The translations under genes were made by a program, and so were the position numbers. From the NCBI GenBank assembly GCA_951406725.2, contig OX597828.1, positions 15,252,001 to 15,316,000 on the forward strand: DNA of 64,000 nt. The letters run 5' to 3'. The notes under the pieces were generated by a model that saw only the letters and a program-made list of their open reading frames with translations, made no database searches and was not told the DNA's origin. Shown here in pieces: positions 12,601 to 27,551 of the stretch (its first letter is position 1; each line of letters begins with the position of its first letter). This stretch comes from Octopus vulgaris (Eukaryota).

Positions 12601-15600
12601 ATATTATGTAACATACTATAACATAATATAACACACACAGACACACACAATAAATTGTTATATGCCTGTTGAACAGTGAGAATCAGAACACTGACACACA
12701 TATTCATTCTTAAGATGGTGAGCTAGCAGAAATGTTAGGATGCCGGGCGAAATGCTTAACAGTATTTTATCTCCCTGTAGGTCTGAGTTCAAATTCCATC
12801 AAAGTCAACTTTGCCTTTCATCCTTTTGGGGTTGATAAATTAAGTACTAGTTGTGTACTGGGGTTCATCGGCTGGCCCCCTCCCCCAAAATTTTAAGCCT
12901 TGTGCCTAGAGTACAAAAGAATACATATTCATTCTTAATACATTGCAGCAAATTCAAACATGAATATGTTAATCACTTGTATTTCATTGAGAACAACTTG
13001 TCCTTTCAGATGAATGCAGGTTTGTAATACACTTGATTCATTAGTGTATGGGGACTTTAGAACTCATGTTGTTTCGACCCTGCCTAATGAATCTAACAAG
13101 AGCTGATGACTTTTGTTTATTCTCTCATGCAAGGTTATATCTGCCAACCAATAAATCATCATAAGCATATTATTAGTAATAATAATAATGTTCAGTGAAG
13201 GCGCATGGCTCAGTGGTTAGAGTGTCAAGCTTACAATCATGAGGTTGTGAGTTCAAATCCCGGACCGGGCTGCATGTTGTGTTCTTGAGCAAGACACTCA
13301 ATTTCACATTGCTCCAGTTCACTCAGCTGTAGAAATGAGTTGTGATGTCACAGGTGCCAGGTTGTATCGGCCTTTGCCTTTGCCTTTCCCTTGGATAACA
13401 CTGGTGGCGTGGAAGGGGAGGCCTGTATGCATGGGCGACTGCTGGTCTTCCGTAAACAACCTTGCTCGAACTTGTGCCTGGGAGGGTAACTTTCTAGGTG
13501 CAATCCCACGGTCAGCCATGACCGAAGGCGGTCTCAGCAATAATGTTCACCATGCATACGATGCATGGGTTGCCACCACACTGCAACAAAGACTAGGCCA
13601 CATATTCTGCCATAACAATGAATCCTGTTTCATTACATGCTTTTGGTGGTTTCCGGTGAAAAGGTTTAATGTTTTGACTTTATGCTGCAATCAAGAGTTC
13701 TTTGGTTTTTCAGCTTTGAGTTCAGAACTTCACAGACAATGTTGTCTTTTGTGGTTGTCTTCTTTTTAAACTTGTGCTCTTATTTCATTAAAAACTGAGA
13801 GATCTTTTTCTGAATTTTCTGTCTTTTACAGTATATTTGTTTGGCATGGTGTTTGTTTGGGTTTTGTTTTCATAGTCCTGTCTGAGTGGATCAGAGGCTT
13901 TAACCATTTTCCTCTAATAGCTACAGTGTCTGCAGCATATAAATACATTATCATTGATTAACCAGGTGATAATGATGTTTCTATCTGTTTTCATTATGTC
14001 CATGATGGCCAGGCTTGCAATTTCTTTTTTATTCTTGTTGCTATTTTACCATTGAATTTCATTCTTCAGAGGTACATGGCTGGGGTTTGTTATATACTTT
14101 ATTTCACACATGCTAGGTCTATCCTCACAATTTATGTTTACAATGCCGTTATTCTAGAGCAGTGCTTTTCAATCTTTTTGCTGGAGCGGAACCCCAAGAA
14201 ACATTCCACTGGCTCATTCCCTGTGCAATAATTTAATAGTCTTCTGCACAGGAGAATTAAAAATTACTGCCGATTTTAGCAGTTTTGTAACTTCTTGCGG
14301 AACCCCTGGACTGTACTGGCAGAACCCTGGTTGAAAACCATTGCACTAGAGGCTTGTTTTGTGTACATTATTTCTCTTTTCATTAGGTATTATTATTATT
14401 ATTTTTGATTTGACTCAGGTTTGTTCATATTCCTGGTAGTATTTATGTGGGTTACTACCGGAAACCTTAGATAGTGCTTAAAACTCTCCTGATAATCTTT
14501 CCTGTCCTTAATAGGCAAACTTTCAGTAGAAGCTCTGGAGGACATTCCATTCCAATCTCCTTCAACCATTTGTCTATATCTTTACTCACTGACCCTTATA
14601 CACCAAATAATACAGGTACAACCTCTACAGTTTTCATATTCCAAATTCTTGCAATTTCAAATTTTAAGGGATTGTATTTTTAAAATTTTTCATCTCCTTT
14701 CTTTACAATCCTTGAATCAGACGGATATGATGGATCAATTAGTAAGCAACTTCACTTTTCTTTGTCTATTATTATGTCTAGTTTATTATTTAACATTAAA
14801 GACTTTTTCACTTCCCGAGCATTATTCTAATACATCTGTCAATTGTCTACACCACCTGTCTTCGTCTTTTGTTTTTCTTTTGTGAATTCTCCCCTTATTA
14901 TTTTCTAGCTTCTTATCTGTATGATTATGAAAATCCCCAAAATTCTTGCTTTTCTCCAACTCAAGCATTCTTTTAACTCAAAGATTAGTGTTGTTGCTGT
15001 TGTTATAATTATTATATGCTTTCTCATCTATGTTGCACACTAGATTAATAATCACTACTATGCTTTTGATGCACACTACAAGTCTGATATTGTGTCCTAT
15101 GGTCTAAACAGGTTACAAGCAAATACTAACATCCATTGATTAAGCATATTGAAGAACAACCCTATCACTGAATACTGTACTAAGTTCAGCTGAAATGTTA
15201 TTTCCTGCAAGGAATTAGATTACAAGGACAAAGGGACATTACAAGTGTCAAGCAAAGCCAAATGTGTACATAAATACACACACACACGCATGCACGCACA
15301 CACACACACACACGATCCAGTCATCAAAATTACAATTAATTCAGGACAAACAGAAGAAAATAAAATTAAATCTCTATACTTTTTATAAACATGTTATTTA
15401 TAGACACAATTTATTCTGAAACCTAAAAAAGAAAAAAGAAAAAGAAAAAATCATAAAATCAAGTTACTTAATTCCAAATAAAAAGTTAATACTTTTATCA
15501 AAAACTGATATAAATGAAAAAGTTAACTATTAATAATTCATATTTTTAATTAAGTTCACTTATAAATAATTTAATTTCTTTTCATTCATTTAATAAAGAT

Positions 15601-17952
15601 ATTTATAAGAAAGTCAGTATATTTCAGTGACTAAAAGCACTATAAGATTTAATTATTTTGTCTAATGATATGTAATTTTATAACAGGTCAATCTGCTTGA
15701 GTTAATTAAGACTGCAATGGAAGAAATTAGTAATAGCATACAAAACAGTTTCATTAATGAACTAAAATAAAAAACCATATCATTAAGTTGATTGAATTTC
15801 CACCAATTTCTTAAAACCTGGCCATTTTGATTTTAATTTTTCTTTTTTCCCACTTTCAAAACAAGCATGCATAATGTAGCATTAAACCAAATGACTTCAA
15901 CTTTTCATAAATTTCAGAGTCACAACTGTTATTTTGAAACGCTGTTATAATTTTTGTCCCATAAAATGAACCACATGTTTATTGAGCCAATGAAGGAGGC
16001 TTTAATGTAGTCACATGCCTAGCTAGAAATAGCAGTAAAATCTTGTTCAAATCAAATAACACCATTTCAAACAAAGAAAAAAAAAAGACAAGTTGGATAA
16101 TGTAGTGTTAGTTATGTCTAAAAGACATGATGGTCATTGAAGGATTACATTTGATCAAATCCAAGCTCAGACAAGGTTGCCCTGGGGTTTAACAACAACT
16201 ATGACCAAAGATATTACAGCTATGATTTTCATTTTTTTTTTTTTGTATGTTAATGATGGGTTAGTTACATCTTAAAAGACATGGTGGTTATGGATGAAAT
16301 ACATTTGATCATATGTCTGCTCGGTTAGGGTTGTCCTGGAGCTAAACTATTTTCTTAACTACTAATTTTACTTCAATGGCTGTGTGGTAAGAAGTTGGCT
16401 TCCCAACAACATGGGCCCAGGTTCAGTCCCACTGTGTGACACTTTGGGCAACTGTCTTCTACAGTAGCCTTGGGTTGACCAAAGCCTTGTGAGTGGATTT
16501 GGTAGGCAGAAACTGAAAAGAAGCCCATTGTGTGTGTCTGTGTGTGTATAAATATGTATAAATATATATGTGTGTGTGTATGTGTCCTACCACTGCTTAA
16601 CAACCAGTGTTGCTGTGTTTATGTCCCCATAACTTCGTGGTTTGGCAAAGGGACCGATAGAATAAGGACCAGGCTTTAAAAAAGAAATTAATACTGGGGT
16701 CAATTTGTTTGCCTAAACATTCTTTGAGGCAGTACCCCAGCATGGCTGCAGTCTAATGACTGAAACAAGTAAAAGAGGAAGATAACAGTGAAAGCAACAA
16801 AGTTATTTAAAATGTTTGAATTTTGGAGACGTAGAAAAATGAAGCTTGGCATTAAGTTCATGAGATTATGTCATAAACTGGGACATTTGAGTGTTAGTCT
16901 TTCTGATATAGTAGTGTAGCTCTGGAAAGAAGTGAGAGAGTAGTCCACCCAAGGCAGTGCTTTTGGGCCAACTGTATAAGTCTTTATGGGAGCATAGCTA
17001 GAGAGAGAAGGTGGTGAACTTAAGGGTTACTCCAGGTAATACACACTCAAGCTACATCACTGTTCTGATATCAACCTACCAATGATCAAATATGTTAGGC
17101 TTTCGTGTCTTTTTATATATCAGTTTCAAATTTTGGCACAAGGCCAGCAGGTTCAGGGGAGGGGCTAAGTCAATTAAATCAACCCCAGTATCCAACTGGC
17201 ACTTATTTTATTGACCCAGAAAAGGTGAAAGGCAAAGATGACCTTGGCAGAATTTGAACGCAGATGACATGTCACTAAACATTTTCCCCGGTGTGATTCT
17301 GCCAGCTTGCCACCTTTAGGTTGCGGATCCGTGGAATAAGCTGCCGGACGAGATAGTGAAGATGCCGACGACCGGTCGGTTCAAAGTCTCTCTTGACCAG
17401 AAATGGCCTCAACTCTTTGCATGAACACCACCCTGTACATAACTCCATGTCCCCCTACATGGCCTTGCTTTTTGCTTTTTGAGCCAAAAAATTAACTTAA
17501 CTTAACTATGACTTTTTATGAATCAATGACTCCGTAGTTCTCAGTGATCATTCAGTAAGGGTGTGATTTGAAGAAAATCTGATTGCATTTCAAGAAGTTT
17601 TCAGCAACCAGGTGAGTAGTATCTCCCTCATTAGTAACATGTACAGATAATGGATACTGTAACATGAATGGTATAACAGCAGAAAGCACACAATGTAGCT
17701 ACACACCTGTTTTGATACCAACCTACAAGGTAGCATCCAAAGGTTCCTAGACTCTTTTACTTGTTTCAGTCATTTGTTTGCGGCCGTGCTGGAGCACAGC
17801 CTTTAGTCGAACAAATTAACCCAAGGACTTATTCTTCGTAAGCCTAGTACTTATTCTATTGGTCACTTTTGCCGAACCACTAAGTTACGGGAACATAAAC
17901 ACACAAGCATCGGTTGTCAAGTGATGTTGGGGGGGACAAACACAGACACAAA

Positions 17953-17985
<33 letters not shown>

Positions 17986-20477
17986 CATATACATGTATAC
18001 GACGAGCTTCTTTCAGTTTCCGTCTACCAAATCCACTCAAAAGGCTTTGGTCGGCCCGAGGCTTATAGTAGAACTTGCCCAAGGTGCCACGCAGTGGGAC
18101 TGAACCCGGAACCATGTGGTTGGTAAGCAAGCTACTTACCACAAAGCCACTTCTGCGCCTATGACTAGTTATGTTTAATAAAAATAAATTATTTATCTAA
18201 GTTTAAACATCATCTCCTTTGAAATAGCCATGTTGCACAGCAATACACCAATCCAAGCATGCCTGCTACTTTCGGAATCCGGTCTGGAAATTGTTTTCCA
18301 TAAGCAAGTCAAGGACCTTCAACAATTCACTCTGGATCTCAACAATGGTGTTTAAATGGTGACCTTTGAGCTGCATTTTCATCATGGGGAAAAATATGGA
18401 ATTCCACAGGTGCTAAATCTGGTGAAAAGAGCAGGTGCAGAAGCAAAGCCATGTTGATTTTGACGGGTGACTCACAAGTGAGGAAAGCTTGGTGACAGGG
18501 TGCATTGTCATTGTGAAGAATCCAATTCTTCGCACTCCACAGATTGGTTGCTTTCTCTGAATATCCTTCTTCAAGCGCTTTAAAATGTCACAGTAGAACT
18601 TTCAATTTAAGGTCTGGCCCTGGGGGATAAATTCTCGATGCACAATACATTTCTGGCGATGATGCTCATGCAAGGTCTTCCAGATTATTCATTGTCTTTC
18701 AGAGATATTCTTTCTGCTTTTGAAGAATCCATGCCACTTGAAATATGGCATATGACCCATTGCCTTGTCACTGTTAGCTTGCCAAAACATGCTCAATGTC
18801 TCTGTAGCAGACTTCCCAAATTTAACGCAGAATTTGGTTCTTTGTTCCTGTCCATGACAAAATCACAGACTACACCAAACACACGATCACAAAAACACAA
18901 ATTTCACAACTTGCAAAGTAAAAACAGTGATGTCACTGTGCACGCAACCACGTGCTGCAATCTGTTGGTGTGCTACAAAACCAATCCAGGAACTGTTTAA
19001 TATCACCTTGTACCTCTGATTAAATATGTTACATTTATGCTTCCATGTCTTTTTATATATCAATGACTACATAGCTCCCTGGGATCTTTCGATAGGGGTG
19101 TGATTTGAAGTAAATCTGATTGTATTTCAAGAAGGTTCAGTAACTAACTGTGTAATATCTCCCTCATTAGTAACATGTACAGATAATGATATTGTAACAT
19201 GAATGGTATAATAGCAGAAAGAAGTGTTGTGTCTATTTGATAAGATATATCTTTTTTGAGGGGAGGGAGGGTTTGGTGGTTTACTCAGGAGAAAGGAGCT
19301 GTGTTTATGACATTCACAGGTCCTCAAATATTGATTTCAAATTTTAGCACAAGACCAGTAATTTAACTGATACTTACTTTCTTGACCCTGAAAGGATGAA
19401 AGGTGTGGATGACCTTGATAGAATCTGAACTCAGAACGTAAAGATAGATGAAATGCTGTTGAGCATTTTACCTGGCATGCTAACAATTTTGTCAGACTGC
19501 TGCCTTATAGCCCTTAAAATATTGGTTAAAATGAATGTTGATTTCAACCAATCTCTGTTCAGTTTGAACAGTAATTAGTTGACATCTACAGGAAGAACAT
19601 ACGCAGTGGGGGGACTCCAAATAACTGATGTTCTGGGGTGAAAGGGATGGACATAATGGTTACTGCAATACTTAGGACAGGGGAGATGTGACACAGTAAA
19701 AAACAGGGGAGAAGAACAGAAGAGATGGATGCACCGCTTGGGTAGGGTTTGGTGAAGGTGATATGCAACAAGATAGTTCCAAGGAGTACAGGCTGTTGTA
19801 GCAGAGGCAGAAAAGTCAGGAGTTTACCAATGAAAGAAAAATAAATCCCTTAAATTGATTAAAGTTATCAGATTATAAATATTTTAGAGAATGGGAATAA
19901 ATGCATACATAGCAGCATTGTTGTGTTCAGGAACAAAGATGGGTCATGAGTGGGGCATTTGATAAGGTGGCTTTTCGAAAAACAGCAGGGGGACACTTAT
20001 AGATGTCATGGCCTAAGTGGGCCTGGCTTTCTTAGAGTGTTGGGAATTAACGGGCTGAATCACCTGCTTGACAGGAGTTCTTCCTCCGAAGATTACTCGC
20101 CCCATAATGAATTTCCATTTACTACACTGCTAAATAAAAATGCATGCTATTAATGGCAATCATCATCATCATCATCATCATCGTCATTTAATATCTGCTT
20201 TCCATACTGGCATGGGCTGGATGATTTAATTGAAAACTGATAAGCTGGGGGGTTGTAGCAGTCTCCAATCTGATTTGGCAAGGTTTCTACAGCTGGATTC
20301 CCTTCCTAGCGCCAATAGAATGAAATGGCTGGGCATAGCTGTTTGGATGCTGAGGATTTGGTACAGCTGACTGGGAATTCAACCTAAGTTGACAACAGTA
20401 TATTTTGGTGCTAGACGCAAACACACATACACATGCATGTGTGCGCAGAAATATATACATACAAATAGAGAGAGAGA

Positions 20478-20516
<39 letters not shown>

Positions 20517-22641
20517 TATACATACATACAAGGATAACTAGATGTTCATACAGAGAGAGAGAGAGAGAGAGAGTAGGAAAAGAATGATAGAAACATTAAA
20601 ATGTCTGATGTCAAGTAGACCAGCATCAAATTAGCAATACAAAATAAGTGGCACCAAGATGGCAGTGGACAAAATGCCTCATAGCCACACCTGTAATCAA
20701 AATATGAAGTCAGAGTTGATTAAACTGGCCCTTCTAATCATCATCTACTCCATTCCATACCATTCTTTGACAGGTGTTTAGTGTATCAACCCTGGGAATG
20801 ATAAAAGACTAAGTCAACCTTGGTAAGACTTCCAGTCAGGATCTAAGAGGGACAAAGATAAATGCTGTGTAAAATAATCTGCCACTTCACCATTTCTACT
20901 CTAGAAGAAGGAAGAAAAGAAGGAGAAGAACTTTCTTTTTATCAACCATGCAGGGATGAAAGGCGAAGCTGACCTTGGTGAGATTTTGAACTCAAAATGC
21001 AATGAGCTACAACAAATACATTTTTTTATGATGCTATAAGGATTTTGCCTATAATAATAATAATAATAATAATAATAATTTTAAATCCTGGCACAAGGCC
21101 AGCAAACTAAAAGGATGGGTATAAGTCAATTACATCAACCCTAGTGCCCAGCTGGTACTTCTTTTAACCTTTAGCATGTTGCAGGCACATCACATTGCTG
21201 TATGAGTTTTCTCCTTTCTCAATGTGACACAGTGCACCTGCATTTACAGGGGAGAAAACTCGTATGGTGACATGATGTACCTAAGTATGCTAAAGGTTAA
21301 CTGACTCTGAAAAGAGGAAAGGCAAAATTTACTGCGGCAGTTTCTGAACTCAGAACATAAAGCCGGAAGAAATGCCTGTAAGCATTTCATCCTGCGTACT
21401 AATAATTCTGCCAGCATTGGAGGGGGAGGGTGTAAATGGATTACATCAACCCCAGTACTTGATTAGTACCTTATTTTATTGATCCTGAAAGGATGAAGGG
21501 CAAGGTTGATTTCAGCAGGATTTGAGCTCAGAATGTAAATAGCTGGAAGAAGTGCTGCTAAGCATTTTGTCCAATGGGCTAATGATTCTGCCAATGATGA
21601 TGATAATGATGATGATGATTTCTGACAATAATAATTACAATAATAATTAATAGTGGTTAGTAGTAAATATCTTTTTTAAAAATGTATTTATTAATGTCAT
21701 TCAGAACACACTCACCTTAGCCTACATGCAAAATAAAAAGATAAAAAGTCTCAAAATATAAAAAAAAACACTTCAGTTGTCTTCTAAAACAACAAAAAAG
21801 CAAAACAAACTTTCATGAAAATAATTTGCATACCACTTGCTCTGTTCCATCTGTATCCAGATAAAACACCTACATAAAAGCAACCTTTTGTTATTGAACT
21901 GAATATAAACATTTGGATGAAATGTCTGAACAATGAGGAATGATGGGAAAAACAACATGACTGAATTTTTAGATAGGTACATATCAGAAATTTGAAGACA
22001 GGGATTAAATTATTAATCCTTTAACATTATACTGCCCATATCCAGCTCAAATGTTCTAACTATATTATGTTCAGATCGCCTAGATCCAACCTCAAACATT
22101 TACCCTACAACGTTATTCTGAAAATAAGTAACCACATCATTGAAATCGCAAAGCAATGAGATAATGCAAGATTAATTTTAATTGATGTGAATAAGTATTA
22201 CATTTGACAGAGTAATCTGAATGCTGAAGGGTTAAATCAACCCTAGCACCTGACTGGTACTTAATTTTATCAATCCAAAAAGGATGGAAGGCAAAGTTGA
22301 TCTCAGGGTGATTTGAACTCAAGATGTAAAATAGTGAAACTTAATACCAAAGGCATTTTGTCTGGTGCTCTACCAATTCTGCTGATCAATGCCCATAATA
22401 ATATTTTCTACTATAGGCACAAGGCCTGAAATCTGGGGGGATGGGGTTAGTTGATGAGATCAACCCCAGTGTTCAACTGGTGCTTATTTTATCAACTCCG
22501 AAAGAATGTAAGGCAAAGTTGACCACCAGCAGAATTTGAACTCAGAATGTAGAAATGGACGAAATGCTGCGAAGCATTTTGTCTAGCATGCTAATGATTC
22601 TGCCAACTCAGTCTTCACTGCCTATTATTATTATTATTATT

Positions 22642-22692
<51 letters not shown>

Positions 22693-22694
22693 TA

Positions 22695-22756
<62 letters not shown>

Positions 22757-25700
22757 TGATGATGATGATGGCTTCAAATTTTGACACAAGGCCAACAATT
22801 TCAGGGAAGGGGGTAAGTCGATTTCATCGATCTCACTGCTCAACAGGTACTTATCTTATTGACCCTGAAAGGATAAAAGGCAAAGTTGACCTTGGCAGAA
22901 TTTGAACTCAGAACATAAAGATGGATGAAATGCAGCTAGGCATTTTGCCCAGTACAGTAATGGTCCTGCCGCCAGCTCACTGCCTATAATAATAATGATA
23001 ATTAATTTCTTACATAAACACAAAGTTAAAAACTGTGAGAGAGAACAGTTGATTATATCAACCCCAGTATTTCACTAGTACTTTGTTTTAGCTAACCTAG
23101 AGGGATAAAAACCAAAGTTGACCTTGATGGAATTTGAACTAAGGATGTAAAGAACCAAAACAAATACCACAAGGCATTTTGTCCAACCTTTTAACAGTTC
23201 TGTCAATGCACCAACCCAGATAAATATAAGGATTTCAAATTTTGGTACAAAGCCAGAAATATTTTTTGGGGAAGAGGTAAGTTGATTACATCAACCCCAG
23301 CACTCAACAGGTACTTATTTTATTGACCCCTATGGGATGAAAGATAAAGTTGGCCTCAGCAGAATTTGAACTCAGAACATAAAGACAGACAATATGCCAC
23401 TAAACATTTTGCCTGACATGCTAATGATTCTGTGACCTTCCCACCATAAGCCCAGATAAATAAATAATAACATAAATAATTTCGGTTCATTATTTATAAT
23501 AATAATAATAATAGTTTCAAATTTGGGAAGAAGGCCAGTAATTTCAAAGGAGGTGGTAAGTTGATTACATCGACCCCAGTACTTATTTTATTGACCCTGA
23601 AAAGATGAAAGGCAAAGTCGACATCAGCGGAATTTGAACTCAGAACATAAAGAGTTGGAAGAAATAACACTAAGCATTTTGCCCAATATGCTAATGTTTC
23701 TGTTAGCTCACTGACTTTATATTAATAATAATAATCCTTTCTACTATAGGTGCAAAGCCTGAAATTTTAAGGAAAGGAGCTTGTCAATTACACTGACACC
23801 AGTACGCTTAAGTGGTACTTATTTTATCAACCCTAAAAGGATGACAGGCAAAGTTGATCTCAGCAGAATTTGAACTCTGAACATAAAGCTGGACAAAATG
23901 TTGCTAAGTATTTTGTACAGTATACTAACAATTCTGCCAGCTTGACACCTAAATGATAACAACAACAATTTTTATTAATAGGCGCAGGAGTGGCTGCATG
24001 GTAAGTAGCTTGCTTACCAACCACATGGTGCCAGGTTCAGTCCCACTGCGTGGCACCTTGGGCAAGTGTCTTCTACTATAGCCTCGGTCCAACCAAAGCC
24101 TTGTGAGTGGATTTGGTAGATGGAAACTGAAAGAATCCTGTCATATATATGTATATATGTGTGTGTGTGTGTGTATATGTTTGTGTGTCTATGTTTGTCT
24201 CCCCAACATCGCTTGACAACCGATGCTGGTGTGTTTATGTCCCCTGTAACTTAGCGGTTCAGCAAAAAAGACCGATAGAATAAGTACTAGGCTTACAAAG
24301 AATAAGTCCTGGGGTCGATGTGCTCGACTAAAGGCGGTGCTCCAGCATGGCCACAGTCAAATGACTGAAACAAGTAAAAGAGTAATTCAAGCACATAGCT
24401 GATAATTTGAGAGGAAGGGGCAAGTCAGTTACATCAACCCCAGTATCTGACTGGTATTTTATATTACTGACCCTGGAGGGATGAAATGGACAGTTATCCC
24501 TGGCAGAATTTAGAAGTTAGAACATAATGAGTTGGAAGAAATCTCACAAAGCACTTTGTCTGATGCTCTAAGAACCCTGCCAATAATTACTGGTTCTTTA
24601 TTTGCCACAAAGATGATGAATGGGAGACATTACAAAGACAGGTTGCAAAAACAGTGGGAGTTTTATGTAGAGTGAAACAAATAAAAAAACGAATAAACAC
24701 ATGCATCAAAAGGAAAAAAAAACATAAAATATATAATGTATATATATCTCGAAAGTGGAGCATACACTCAGAACAAAGCATGGCACCCCATGAATATTTA
24801 AATGTTCTTCAACACTAAAGTTTTCTCCTTGTTAGGAAATTACATATGAAATTTGAGATAGGAATCAGCCAGGAATACTATGCTTGCCACTTTCAACCAC
24901 TTTTCACCAATTTTACTGGAGGGCAGCACTTCACTCTCTGCTTTCACTCATCTTTTCAAAAGGACATTGAAAAAAGTTGGTAACATGTTTACTCTGATAG
25001 GAAAATGTTTGTCCTTAGACCCTGCAATTTTGTTCACCAACTACACTAATCCCTTTTGTTCTAGCTACCAGACTGCAAAAAGCCTAAAACTCAGCAGGCA
25101 GCTAGATTTGTACTATTCATAATAACAGGTAACCCTACAACTTAGTAAAGTTTGGATACTGAACAAGTGGACACAGGAAATTTTATTGCTCTACATCAGT
25201 GATTCTCAACTATTTTTTTTTTAATCTATGGATCCTTTTGATTCCTATTTCACTCTACTGGACCCCCATAGCCATTTGGTATTGAAATAAAATCCTATTG
25301 CATTTTTATAATTGAATATCAGGAATTGTATTAAAAAAACTTTTGTAATATTTTGTGTTATGTAGAAGCACAATCAATTTTACTGCACATAAATTTTAAC
25401 AACAAAATCTTAGGCTGACTGCCAATGGCTATATAGACCTTGGTTGAGAGCCACTGCTCTACATGTGTCTCAAACAGGCCAGAATAAGAGCACTGCCATG
25501 TCTATAAAGTTTATTTTGGATTATTCTGTGCCACACCACCACCACCACCACAATCAATAGCTGACGCCACCAACCAATCTGAAAGTGTATTAGAAGAGTT
25601 TATTCAGACTGTCCTCATTGATGCCTAAGCTTGTTCATTGGCTGTCGGTGCTTACACACTCCACCAACCTCAACTATTGATGTGGACATTCCACTGAGTG

Positions 25701-27494
25701 CTTTACCCATCTGGGTGCCTGATAATAGTCCCGATGTCACAAGCCCAACTTCAGTCTGAGCTTGACATAGAACTATAGTGCTTACTTATTAAAGTTTTAG
25801 ACACTCTTAAAAAATCTGAATGGTCAAGGCTGGGATAACCCTGATCATATGACTGCTTGATCAAGGCTGATTCGAGGTTAAATGCCAATAACCATCCTGT
25901 AAGGCATTCGTTAAGCAGAGTCTCCATGTGGTAGAAATATCAGCAAAATTTCCTTCAAATCACATCCTAGTCTTAAAATAAAATGGGATGGTCATGACCA
26001 GAATGTCTTTAATCGTAGGTCTCCTCAGTCATAACTGACCTGGGGCTAAACACCAACACCCTTCACCATCACCACCCTCATCACTATGTTGTAATACTTA
26101 AATTGAGCTATAAGGAGTTGCCTAATGTAATTTCAGTTTCTTGGCCTCTTGCACAATACAGTGCCAGTGATAGGAAGGGAACCATTGATCTCTCTGTAGG
26201 TCACTCAATAACCAATTGACTCGGTTACCCATACTGCAGAGGCTATTTAATGAAAAACGATATAAAAGAAATGGTGAAAATTATAGATTTCTAGACAACA
26301 TAGTAATAAAATCAATGACAGATCTATATAATGGGGGAATCAACAAACTATAGAGAAGAGTAGTAAAAGAATTGCAATATAGAGACCTTTCGAAAGATTC
26401 ATTGAGAATTGGAAAAATAACAGAGATAAAGAAAAACATGTAAAAAAAAAAAAAAGAAACTAATTTAAAAGCACACATACACATACAACACATAAATACT
26501 ATAAACAGAACGACTGAATTCAATCATCTGCCAACCATAAATATATAAAAATATCAGATGCATTATCTTTAACATAATATGGCAATTTACATAGGAGTGG
26601 AGGAAGAGTATTGGTGGGGAGGAGGAGTTTAAAACTTATAGCACAAATAAGTTGTTATATATATATATATTTCTGACCATATATGGCATTGTGGTATCAC
26701 TCTAAATATTTATAGTACTGGTTAGTGTAAAAGACTGGACTTTGGTATCATTTCCTCCTGCAGTGATGTATTTTTAAAATAGAGCAGAGATGATGATGAC
26801 GAACAATTGATGGTGGTAGCAACTGCAGCAGTGGTGGCAGTAGTAGCACCACCAGTGCAACCATCATCATCATCATCATCATCATCACCTCTACCTGTCC
26901 TCATAATCATCACCACCACAATCACCTCACCCATCATCATCAATACCACCACCACCACCACCATCATTTTTCCCATGCTGGTAAGCATTGGTTGGATTTT
27001 CTGAGGCAGAGTTTTGTGACTGGATGACTCTCCTACCTTCAGCAAAAGAGACGAATGGAGTAACTATCAGATTGAGCAAGAAAGAGAAAAAAGCAAGTTT
27101 CTTACCACAAAGTCACTCTTATATATATATATATTCTTTGTTTTATTCTTTTCTACTAGTCCCAGTCATTTGAATGCAGCCATGCTGGAGCACCACCTTG
27201 AAGGATTTTAGTTGAACAAATCAATCCCAGGACTTATCATATTTTAAGCATAGTACTTATTCTATTGGCCTATTTTACCAAAACACTAAGTTACAGGGAT
27301 GTAAACACACACACACGCATAGATACATGTACACACACACACATGATGGGCTTCTTTCAGTTTCCATCCATCTACCAAACCTACTTGCAAGGCTTTGGTC
27401 AGCCCAAGGTTATAGTAGAAGGCATTTGCCCAAAGTGCCACATAGTGGGACTGAACCTGGAACTATGTATCTTACCACACAACCATACTTTTAT

Positions 27495-27551
<57 letters not shown>

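Noticed and set aside
13196-13270. tRNA-like sequence with A and B boxes
   Set aside because: It is the head of a SINE continuing into a CORE-like body. There is no proper acceptor stem, so it is not called a tRNA gene.
19590-20110. Possible decayed Penelope linker/zinc-knuckle region
   Set aside because: Only vague Cys spacing is visible and no diagnostic motif is readable.
20780-24590. Repeat-spacer-like periodicity suggestive of a CRISPR array
   Set aside because: The units are ~200-bp diverged SINEs separated by microsatellites in eukaryotic DNA, with no cas genes.
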